Below, piece after piece: positions 56,428-64,000 of a stretch of 64,000 nucleotides of DNA. How positions within the stretch are numbered: position 1 is the first letter of the stretch; each line of letters begins with the position of its first letter. A model generated the notes under the pieces. The model ran no database searches and had not been told where the DNA came from. It saw only the letters and a program-made list of their open reading frames with translations. The position numbers were made by a program, and so were the translations under genes. Source of the DNA: Pedobacter sp. (GTDB taxonomy: Bacteria > Bacteroidota > Bacteroidia > Sphingobacteriales > Sphingobacteriaceae); the NCBI RefSeq assembly GCF_031119335.1, contig NZ_JAVHXT010000011.1, forward strand, positions 102,658 to 166,657, given 5' to 3'.

Positions 56428-56523
56428 AAAACACCCCGCCCGTTGGGCACCTCCAGACATGTCGGGAGGAATGGCGTTATGTTTTCCTCTTGTAGAGGGG
56501 TGGTCGAAGACCGGGCGTGTTTC
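56428..56523. repeat. GC-rich structured element: outer inverted repeat (AAACACCCCGCCCG / CCGGGCGTGTTT) enclosing two hairpins
   Basis: The inner near-palindromes are CCTCCAGACATGTCGGGAGG and CCTCTTGTAGAGG. The local composition differs strongly from the AT-rich surroundings. Confidence 0.6.
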
Positions 56524-56672
56524 TATAACTGTGTAACACGGTAGGTTAAATTGGCTTTAAGCGTTTTACAAAGTAATCTCAATGTTAAAAATAGAAAGAA
56601 TAGGAGAGGTATAACTACATTGTCTAGTCTTTTGCAGACCTTTGCAGAAATTTTAATCCACGCCGTTCTTTC

Positions 56673-57857
56673 ATGTCAACAATTGCCGATAGTAACGATT
56701 TATCTGTTAAAGAAACCTCTAAATATAGTAAGAAGACCATCCGTTTATCAGTGTCGCTTTTTTACTTTGGTCAGGGTTTGGTATTTGCCAGCTGGGCAAG
56801 TCGTATTCCCGATTTAAAAGCCGCTTTAAACCTTTCGGATGCTGCTTTGGGAAGTATCTTATTAGCATTACCTATTGGGCAGTTAATTACAATGCCACTT
56901 TCTGGGCGGTTGGTGGCCATTTATGGCAGCAAGAAAATCCTAACCTTAGCCACACCGTTATATGCACTGTGTTTAACCAATTTGGCGTTGGCCACACACG
57001 GTTGGCATTTGGCTTTCTTTTTACTCTTATTCGGTATTTCTGGAAACCTTTGCAACATCGCTTTAAATACGCAGGCAGTTACCGCCGAAGGGCATTATGG
57101 CAAGCCTATCATGTCCTCGTTTCACGGCTCTTGGAGCTTAGGATTGTTTACAGGTGCGTTGGTTGGCTTGTTAATGATGAACCTGCATTTAGCGACAACT
57201 ACCCATTTTTGGATTATCGCTCCCTTAGCTTGGGTTCATATTTTTATCAACCATCGCTTTTTGTTGATTGGTAAAGCCGCACAGAAAGCCAAACCTAAAT
57301 TCTTACAAAAACCTCAGGGAGTTTTAATACAGCTAGGCATTATTGCTTTTTGTAGCATGGCTGCCGAAGGCGCAATGATGGATTGGAGTGGCGTTTATTT
57401 CAAAGAGATTGTTCATGCGCCTGCTAAATGGGTGATTTTGGGTTACGCTTCTTACTCTGCAATGATGACCATCGGCCGTTTCATTGGCGATAAATTCATA
57501 GCCTCTTACGGACGTAAAAAAATGCTGCAGTTTTGTGGTATTTTGGTTTCTATTGGGATGTTCTTGTCGGTAGTTTTTCCGTATTTAGCTGTAGCAACTA
57601 TTGGCTTTATGATGGTAGGTATTGGCGTTTCTGTAATTATTCCAATGATTTATACCATTGCTGGTAATAACGATAAATTACCCTCTAGTTTAGCTATTGC
57701 CATGGTTTCTAGTATAGGTTATTTTGGTTTTTTGATGGGGCCGCCGCTAATTGGTTATATTTCTGAATTGTTTAATCTGAGCTATTCATTTGCCATAGTT
57801 GGCTGTTTTGGTATTCTGATTAGTTTGCTGGTGAGTAAAATCAGGGCGATAAAATAA
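56673..57857 (+). CDS. MFS transporter
   Basis: 394 aa with about 12 TM helices and a loop 2-3 motif (PLSGRLVAIYGSKK). Confidence 0.85.
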   Translation: MSTIADSNDLSVKETSKYSKKTIRLSVSLFYFGQGLVFASWASRIPDLKAALNLSDAALGSILLALPIGQLITMPLSGRLVAIYGSKKILTLATPLYALCLTNLALATHGWHLAFFLLLFGISGNLCNIALNTQAVTAEGHYGKPIMSSFHGSWSLGLFTGALVGLLMMNLHLATTTHFWIIAPLAWVHIFINHRFLLIGKAAQKAKPKFLQKPQGVLIQLGIIAFCSMAAEGAMMDWSGVYFKEIVHAPAKWVILGYASYSAMMTIGRFIGDKFIASYGRKKMLQFCGILVSIGMFLSVVFPYLAVATIGFMMVGIGVSVIIPMIYTIAGNNDKLPSSLAIAMVSSIGYFGFLMGPPLIGYISELFNLSYSFAIVGCFGILISLLVSKIRAIK

Positions 57858-57879
57858 TTTTTTTGAAAAACAATGTAAG

Positions 57880-57955
57880 TAGCGCTTGGCTGTGGTAGTC
57901 CTGCTATTCGTTGCTGCCGAGAAAAACGGCATTCACTTCTATCAGGTTTAATTAA
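57880..57955. repeat. Family F repeat variant; coordinates approximate
   Basis: ...CTGCTATTCG..GCCGAGAAAAACGGC..CTTCTATCAGGTTTAATTAAC is closely parallel to the copy at 2109-2190. Confidence 0.65.
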
Positions 57956-58123
57956 CTAAGGCTTGTAGCATGGTGGCTAAAATTTTCGTCACTGCTCTTT
58001 TGAATTTGTAGTTCCTAAACAGTGTTATGCTGCGCTTCGATTTTTTTGACAATAAAGGATTACAAATCCTTCGATACGTAGTTCGACATTACAAATGTCG
58101 AACAGCAGGTTGGTTAGGCTCTT

Positions 58124-58156
58124 CGTCATTGCCAGCTCGACTGGCAATCGTAATGC
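58124..58156. repeat. Family B hairpin (CGTCATTGCCAGCTCGACTGGCAATCGTAATGC)
   Basis: Inverted-orientation copy of the hairpin found at 45476-45507 and 59874-59907. Confidence 0.8.
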
Positions 58157-58245
58157 GATATAGATTTAAGACACATGGCTTCAGCTTTACGATCCCCGTT
58201 TTCACGGGGGTGACGGCATATTTAAGGTTAACGATTAATCAAGTG

Positions 58246-58800
58246 TCAACCAACATAGTTGCTAAATTCTTGCAACACTGATTTTAACTTATTTATTCTG
58301 CCAGACCAAACTTTATACGAAAAGAAAAGCTGCACGGAAAAAATCGCCAAGATGACTACTAATGCCAACCATTTACTTTCTGAAAATTCGATGTTATAAG
58401 TAAAGAACAACATTATTCCAGAAAAAAAGATAATCCTAGCTATGAGCGTTTCAATGCGGAACGTTTTTAGTTTTGCTGCAAAATCCGTTAAATCTTCTCT
58501 GAGATTTTTGCTGCTTCTGAATTGTTTTTGTAATTGATAACCTTTGAGGTGATGTAAGATTGGAGCAAAAATAGCTATGGCAATAATGATATTCACAAAT
58601 AATGGTTTTTCTGCACCGTCAAACATCGAATAATAACAAAACAGCAATGCTGTGAAACCTAAAAGCTCTATGATAAGCTGTTTTTTTATTGATGCTAAAA
58701 TAGGGTGACTGTTTTTTTTTAGCATTAGGTTTAATTCATCTTTACCCTTTTGAGTAGTTGGTATTTCCTGCCAAGCTGATTTTAAATTATCTATTTCCAT
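58246..58800 (-). CDS. Membrane protein, putative anti-sigma factor partner of the ECF sigma
   Basis: 184 aa with four TM helices. Its start overlaps the sigma-factor gene end by 14 nt. The call rests on position only. Confidence 0.5.
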   Translation of the reverse strand: MEIDNLKSAWQEIPTTQKGKDELNLMLKKNSHPILASIKKQLIIELLGFTALLFCYYSMFDGAEKPLFVNIIIAIAIFAPILHHLKGYQLQKQFRSSKNLREDLTDFAAKLKTFRIETLIARIIFFSGIMLFFTYNIEFSESKWLALVVILAIFSVQLFFSYKVWSGRINKLKSVLQEFSNYVG

Positions 58801-59269
58801 GACTTAGTATTTTATGGAGTTTAGTTTTAATACGGTTAACTTTTACGCCCACATTGTTCTCTGTAATGCCAATAATTTCGGCAATTTCTTGATAGTTCAT
58901 CTCGTCTAAATACATTGCAATGATGGCTCGTTCACCTTCATTTAATTGTTTAATTGCCCAAAGCAATTGCTGTTTTTGCTCCTTAGCTTCAATTGACTGC
59001 TCCGTAATGTGATCTGGTAAAACTGAAACGAGATCTATAGCTGGTTTTCTTTTTCTGAACGAACTAATGGCAGTATTTAAAGCAATACGGTAAAGCCAAG
59101 TGCTAAATTTTGCCTCACCTCTAAAGGATGGATAACCTTTCCAAGCGTGATAGGTGATTTCTTGGAATAAATCTTCGTAGTCTTCCCGCTGGTTGCAGTA
59201 GACACTACAAATTTTACCAATAATTCCTTGGTTTTGGGATAAGAGTTCAAGAAATTCTATTTCGCTCAT
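58787..59269 (-). CDS. ECF-type RNA polymerase sigma-70 factor
   Basis: Region 2 (DLFQEITYHAWKGYPSF) and region 4 HTH (MNYQEIAEIIGITENNVGVKVNRIKTKL). Confidence 0.9.
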   Translation of the reverse strand: MSEIEFLELLSQNQGIIGKICSVYCNQREDYEDLFQEITYHAWKGYPSFRGEAKFSTWLYRIALNTAISSFRKRKPAIDLVSVLPDHITEQSIEAKEQKQQLLWAIKQLNEGERAIIAMYLDEMNYQEIAEIIGITENNVGVKVNRIKTKLHKILSHGNR

Positions 59270-59324
59270 TCGTTAGCGTTGGAGGCTTATGTATAAGTTA
59301 GTTTGAAAGTCGTAATAATAAAGG

Positions 59325-59430
59325 TCGTCATTGCGAGGTACGACCACGAAGTAGCTGCGAAGCAAACCAATCTTATAACGTCTAAAATCTGTAATTTGCT
59401 TTAAGATTGCTTCGTACCTCGCAATGACGA
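59325..59430. repeat. Family A palindromic repeat with an expanded centre
   Basis: TCGTCATTGCGAGGTACGA ... AAGATTGCTTCGTACCTCGCAATGACGA. Confidence 0.85.
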
Positions 59431-59439
59431 GAACTTGGG

Positions 59440-59640
59440 CTATTGCTGCATCGCTTTTACTTTTTCGTTTAACAATTGTAAGCTATCTAAAATAACAATT
59501 TGTTTTTGTTCCAGCTTTTCTATTCTTTGAGAAAGTTCTGCGTCTCTTAATTGTGCCCGCCCATCTGGAGATGAGTTTTTTCCGCAACTGGCTAAAGCGA
59601 TTATTGCAATTAATATTAGTGCTGTTCTTTTCATATTCAT
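59440..59640 (-). CDS. Small coiled-coil lipoprotein
   Basis: 66 aa. Lipobox IALASC followed by a heptad-like helix. Confidence 0.5.
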   Translation of the reverse strand: MNMKRTALILIAIIALASCGKNSSPDGRAQLRDAELSQRIEKLEQKQIVILDSLQLLNEKVKAMQQ

Positions 59641-59730
59641 GTTCTTTTTGATATAAGTTGCAGGTTGTTATAAAAACTTACACTTGCTGGAAAAAAGACT
59701 TTGATATGGAAAACAGGCTTGAGTTAAATA

Positions 59731-59800
59731 AACGGGATTGCAGCGGATCCCGATTTTTCATCGGGAGAAGCGTAAAGCCCGGCTTGCTTTAAGCGAAGCG
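59731..59800. repeat. Family F repeat; coordinates approximate
   Basis: GGGATTGCAGCGGATCCCGATTTTTCATCGGGAGAAGCGTAAAGCCCGG. Confidence 0.7.
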
Positions 59801-59873
59801 AATGGTTTTGCTTTTCAGACAGTAAAAAACATTCAAACGTTTGAGACTTTCATCCTTGTTTTAGCCTTTTATA

Positions 59874-59907
59874 GCATTACGATTGCCAGTCGAGCTGGCA
59901 ATGACGG
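59874..59907. repeat. Family B hairpin
   Basis: GCATTACGATTGCCAGTCGAGCTGGCAATGACG. Confidence 0.8.
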
Positions 59908-59981
59908 CTAACAATGGATAAAAAAAGTCCCGATAACTAATTGCTATCGGGACTGGTTTTATTGTGTGTTGGGAAAAATTC

Positions 59982-62900
59982 TTAGTGGTGTTGCTCCCAC
60001 TCGTTTACATCCTTGTGGTCGTAAGGTTCTACCATCATTTCTTCAATGGTTTTTCCTTTTTTGTTGAAGCCAAACTTCTCTAAAATGTTATCGAAAATTT
60101 GGTACATCACTGGTACAACCACCAATGTAAGGAAGAGCGAACTGGTTAAACCTCCAATAATTACCCAAGCCAAACCATTTTTCCAGTCGGCACCGGCACC
60201 ACTTGCCAATGCAATAGGTAGCATACCGATTACCATGGCGATGGTGGTCATTAAGATTGGACGTAAACGAGCGTGGTTAGCTAAAATCAAGGCTTCGTGG
60301 GTAGATTTGCCTTGCGCTTTCATTTGGTTAGTAAAATCGACCAAGATAATTGCGTTTTTAGCTACTAGACCCATTAGCATAATGAAACCAAGAATGGTAA
60401 AGATACCCAATGCGTTGTTGGTTAAAGCCAATGCAAGCAAGGCACCAATTAATGCTAAAGGTAAAGAGAACATTACCACAAATGGATAAACAAAACTATC
60501 GTATAGGGCAACCATGATCAAGTAAACTAAAATTACAGCTGCTAATAGGGCGATACCCAAAGTACCAAAACCTTCGCTTTGGTTTTCTTGATCACCAGCC
60601 CAGTAAAAACTGATGCCCGCAGGTTTTTGCATTTTACCTAGCTCTGTTTGGAAATCTGTCACCACAGAACCTGTTGGTCTACCTACCGTTTGTGCTTGTA
60701 CGGTTACCGACGTAGATTTATTTAAACGTTCTAACAAACTCGGTCCAGAACCTTCTTTAATTTCCGCAAATTGCGAAAGTTTAATTTGCTGGCCAGCTTG
60801 GTTTACAAACAAAAGGTTACGCACATCATCAATATCCTTACGGTCAAAATCTTGATATTGGATGTTGATGTCATACTCATACTCACCTTGACGGAATTTA
60901 CCATCGGTATTACCAGCGAAGGCCGTTTGCATGGTCATACCTACAGTTTGTAGGTTTAAGCCCAAAGCCGACATTTTATCGCGGTCTACTTTTACGTTAA
61001 TTTCTGGCGTTCCTTTTTCTACCGAAAGCTTAGTTTGTGTAGCACCAGGAATTTTGGCCATCACTTTTTCTGCTTTTTCTGCAAAAGCCAATACGGTATC
61101 TAAATCAGATCCTAAAACTACGAACTGAATTGGGGCATCATCAGCAGTTCCTAAGATACCGATAGGCACGGTTTTTAATTTCGCACCAACCAAAATCTTT
61201 TCTAACTCACGAGTATAGGTAGTAGAAATGATATCTGAAGATACATTGTTTCGCTCTGGTTTATCAACCAATTTCACGTTGATTTCAGATTTGTATGCAG
61301 TAGCTGTAGTAGCCCCCATACCTCCACTAGATTGTCCAACGGTAGTAATCATTTGAACAACCTCTTTTTTATCGCTCAAGTAGTTTTCTGCTTTTTGCGT
61401 ATATAGGTTGGTTTGCTCTAAAGATGCGTCTTTTGGCATCTCAATTTGCAATAAGAACTCGCCTTTGTCTGATTTTGGGAAGAACTCGAATCCGATATAA
61501 CCTGCGCCCAATAATCCACAAGAAGAAAAGAACAATACTACCATTGTTACTAAGGTGATGGCTTTATGTTTCAAGGTCCATTCTAGTATTCTAGTTACCC
61601 ATTGGGTAAACTTATGGAGTTGTTTTTCGAACCAAAGGATAAATTTACCAAAGATGTTTTTGCCTTCGATACGTTCTAGTTTACCAAAACGAGAGAAAAT
61701 TAAAGGTACAATGGTAAACGATGCTACCAGCGATAATAGCGTGGATATAATTACTACCACACAGAACTGGCGTAGAATGTTGGCTACCATACCGGTACTT
61801 ATGGCGATAGGGAAGAACACTACCACAATTACGAAGGTGATAGATACTACGGTAAAACCGATTTCACGAGTACCATCGATAGCTGCACGTACTTTGTTTT
61901 TGCCCATCTCCATGTGTCGTTGGATGTTCTCCAACACCACAATCGCATCATCCACTAGGATACCTACTACCAGAGATAAACCTAGTAGCGACATCAGGTT
62001 TAGGGTATAGCCAAACATTGATATACCAATAAATGTAGCAATTAACGATGCTGGGATAGAAACCATTACAATAACCGCATTACGCAAGCTATGTAAGAAG
62101 AAAAGCATTACAATTGCTACTAACACAACGGCAAGCATTAAATCGTGGATTACCGCATCTGCTGATTGTAAGGTATAGTCGGAACTGTCGTTAACGATTT
62201 TGATGTCTAAGCCAATGTTTTTGTAATTGCTTTTTAGGGTATCGATAACTGCTTTTGTGCCTTCACTCACCGTTACGGCGTTGGCATCACTTTGTTTAAT
62301 AATTTGTACAGCAATTGAATTAGCTCTGTTGATACGAGCAATTTTCTCTGTTTCTTTTTGCGTATCCTGAATGTCGGCTATTTCGCCTAGGCGGATTTGT
62401 GCACCATCTTTAGCAGTAGTAACTACCAAATTACGCATTTCTTCTACGCTGGCATATTTACCAGATAAACGTACTAAAATGTCTTGCGCTTTAGTTTTAA
62501 CACTTCCAGTAGGGAAATCTAAGTTAGAACTTAAGATAGCTTGTTGTACGCTTGGTACAGATAAACCGTAGCCTTGTATTTTCTTCGCATCTAAGGCAAC
62601 TTTAATTTCACGCTCAGATCCACCAATTAAGTTAACTTGGGCTACACCGGTTACACGAGAAATAATTGGAGCGATACGTTTGTCCATCAAATCGTAGAAC
62701 GCAATATCGTCCATTTTCGCTGATGCAGACATCGTGATCACAGGGAAGTCATCTAAAGAGAACTTACTTAACGATGGTTGTTTTACATCGTCTGGTAAGT
62801 CGGCCAAAATTGCGTTAACTTTCCTTTGTGCATCATTTAGTGCAATGTCTATTTGTGCTTTATCATTTAGGGTAATAATTACTACCGATAAACTTTCGTA

Positions 62901-63152
62901 AGAGTTAGCGTTAATTTTCTTGATGTTTTCCATCGAAGAAACGGCATCCTCAATTTTTTTGGTAACGGTACTTTCTACCTCATTTGGCGAAGCGCCTGGG
63001 TAAATAGTAGAGATAGATACTACGTTTGGAGAGAACTTTGGTAAAAGCTCATATCCTAACGAGAAATAACTCAGTAAACCTAACAGCGTAAGTGCGGTAA
63101 ATACCACAATTACCAGCGAAGGCCTTTTTATAGATATGTCAGTGATTTTCAT
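59982..63152 (-). CDS. RND efflux transporter permease (AcrB/HAE1-like)
   Basis: 1056 aa with 12-TM topology and two large periplasmic loops. N-terminus is typical (MKITDISIKRPSLVIVVF). Confidence 0.95.
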   Translation of the reverse strand: MKITDISIKRPSLVIVVFTALTLLGLLSYFSLGYELLPKFSPNVVSISTIYPGASPNEVESTVTKKIEDAVSSMENIKKINANSYESLSVVIITLNDKAQIDIALNDAQRKVNAILADLPDDVKQPSLSKFSLDDFPVITMSASAKMDDIAFYDLMDKRIAPIISRVTGVAQVNLIGGSEREIKVALDAKKIQGYGLSVPSVQQAILSSNLDFPTGSVKTKAQDILVRLSGKYASVEEMRNLVVTTAKDGAQIRLGEIADIQDTQKETEKIARINRANSIAVQIIKQSDANAVTVSEGTKAVIDTLKSNYKNIGLDIKIVNDSSDYTLQSADAVIHDLMLAVVLVAIVMLFFLHSLRNAVIVMVSIPASLIATFIGISMFGYTLNLMSLLGLSLVVGILVDDAIVVLENIQRHMEMGKNKVRAAIDGTREIGFTVVSITFVIVVVFFPIAISTGMVANILRQFCVVVIISTLLSLVASFTIVPLIFSRFGKLERIEGKNIFGKFILWFEKQLHKFTQWVTRILEWTLKHKAITLVTMVVLFFSSCGLLGAGYIGFEFFPKSDKGEFLLQIEMPKDASLEQTNLYTQKAENYLSDKKEVVQMITTVGQSSGGMGATTATAYKSEINVKLVDKPERNNVSSDIISTTYTRELEKILVGAKLKTVPIGILGTADDAPIQFVVLGSDLDTVLAFAEKAEKVMAKIPGATQTKLSVEKGTPEINVKVDRDKMSALGLNLQTVGMTMQTAFAGNTDGKFRQGEYEYDINIQYQDFDRKDIDDVRNLLFVNQAGQQIKLSQFAEIKEGSGPSLLERLNKSTSVTVQAQTVGRPTGSVVTDFQTELGKMQKPAGISFYWAGDQENQSEGFGTLGIALLAAVILVYLIMVALYDSFVYPFVVMFSLPLALIGALLALALTNNALGIFTILGFIMLMGLVAKNAIILVDFTNQMKAQGKSTHEALILANHARLRPILMTTIAMVIGMLPIALASGAGADWKNGLAWVIIGGLTSSLFLTLVVVPVMYQIFDNILEKFGFNKKGKTIEEMMVEPYDHKDVNEWEQHH

Positions 63153-63239
63153 TTTTTTCTTTTAGTATTGTGTAGTGGGTATTGCGTATTGAGATTTTGA
63201 AACCGATCTCAATACTTTTATCGCAATACGCATATCTAA

Positions 63240-64000
63240 TTACTTTATAATCGAAACCGGAGTGCCTTCAGTTAAGTTAATCTGACCGCTCGTTATTACT
63301 GTTTCGCCTTCTTTTAAGCCATCTACAATTTCTACGTTCTCACCCAAAATACGTCCAGAAACCACTTTACGAGTTTCGGCAGTGTTTTTCGATTTGTTTA
63401 AAACATAAACTTCGTTGCTGCTTACACTACCCACAAAAGAAGTACGAGGTACTAAAATTACAGGTGTTTGTTTAGGGAATTTGAAAACTGCTGTTCCGTA
63501 CATCCCGGCTCTAAGGCTATTTTTTACATTGTTAGCTACTTCAACTTCAATTGGGAAGTTTAAAGTGCCATCAGCTTTTGCTGCAATAAAAGATACTTTA
63601 CCCGAGAATTTTTCGTCAGGGAACACTGTAGACTGAATTTCAACTCTATCGCCAATTTTTAAGTTAGCTACCTGACCTTCGTTTACGTTTACCTTCAATT
63701 TTAATTTAGAAACATCAACAATTTCAAATAACTGTGTTCCAGGAGCAACAACTGCACCTACTTCAATCATTTTTTTGTTAACGATACCGTTGATAGATGA
63801 TCTGATATTAGCATCGCTCAATTTACGTTGTTGTTGTTGCAAACGAAGTTTCGCATTTTGTGTATTTAAACGAGCTTGGTCTAACTGTTGTTGAGTAACA
63901 CCACCGGTTGCAAAAGAGCTTTCGTAACGTTGTAAGTCTCTCACAGCATTTTGATAGGTAGCTTCAGCAGTTTCTCTATCCGTGTTTAAAATTTCAGCAT
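63240..64000 (-). CDS. RND efflux periplasmic adaptor (membrane fusion protein), N-terminus outside the window
   Basis: The frame stays open to the window edge (..AEILNTDRETAEATYQNAVRDLQRYE..). Coiled-coil hairpin, lipoyl-like and beta-barrel segments are typical of HlyD/AcrA-type adaptors. Confidence 0.9.
   Translation of the reverse strand, partial: AEILNTDRETAEATYQNAVRDLQRYESSFATGGVTQQQLDQARLNTQNAKLRLQQQQRKLSDANIRSSINGIVNKKMIEVGAVVAPGTQLFEIVDVSKLKLKVNVNEGQVANLKIGDRVEIQSTVFPDEKFSGKVSFIAAKADGTLNFPIEVEVANNVKNSLRAGMYGTAVFKFPKQTPVILVPRTSFVGSVSSNEVYVLNKSKNTAETRKVVSGRILGENVEIVDGLKEGETVITSGQINLTEGTPVSIIK

Noticed and set aside
58027-58281. 84-aa plus-strand ORF in the gap between the MFS gene and the anti-sigma gene
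   Set aside because: It is composed of consecutive hairpin repeats: AAGGATTACAAATCCTT, GTTCGACATTACAAATGTCGAAC, the family B hairpin and CCCCGTTTTCACGGGG. It is a repeat artefact.
1-64000. A prophage, integrative element or transposon spanning part of the window
   Set aside because: No integrase, transposase, recombinase, capsid or terminase-like ORF is present on either strand. Apart from the small cassettes and repeats listed above, gene content is chromosomal core.

Overview
This 64-kb window reads as an AT-rich chromosomal core segment from a Bacteroidota genome, probably Sphingobacteriaceae or Pedobacter-like. That placement is inferred from gene content, TAnnTTTG -7 promoter boxes, the absence of Shine-Dalgarno sites, and characteristic intergenic palindromes. 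All family assignments come from motif recognition by eye; no database search was possible.

I call about 60 protein-coding genes, nearly all housekeeping or ordinary accessory functions:
- DNA and RNA maintenance: uvrA (5' partial), ruvC, rnhB, a dGTPase, truB and leuS.
- Core metabolism and envelope: ribF, uppP, ftsX, a polyprenyl synthase, TerC, sucA, sucB and lpdA.
- Regulation: a LytS/LytTR two-component pair, a Cry-DASH photolyase with a Crp regulator, an AraC regulator with an SDR, and an ECF sigma with a putative anti-sigma.
- Transport and degradation: M1 and S15 peptidases, an MFS transporter, and an RND efflux pump with a partial adaptor at the window edge.

I found no rRNA, tRNA, CRISPR array, transposase, integrase or phage genes.

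The stand-out feature is inside leuS. A segment of about 461 nt (aa 292-446) encodes a complete DUF559/Vsr-like PD-(D/E)xK endonuclease domain. It is bounded by 30-nt GC-rich imperfect terminal inverted repeats (26/30 identical). It sits in frame at the entrance of the LeuRS editing (CP1) domain. It looks like a minimal nuclease-carrying mobile cassette that an essential gene reads through.

Other observations:
- Three type II toxin-antitoxin modules are wedged into housekeeping clusters, and two of them have related antitoxins.
- A DUF4143 AAA ATPase gene is bracketed by inverted repeat copies and preceded by three 32-bp tandem palindrome-containing units.
- At least seven families of REP/MITE-like palindromic repeats fill almost every intergenic gap. 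They create spurious ORFs, and one supplies the C-terminus of the Crp regulator.
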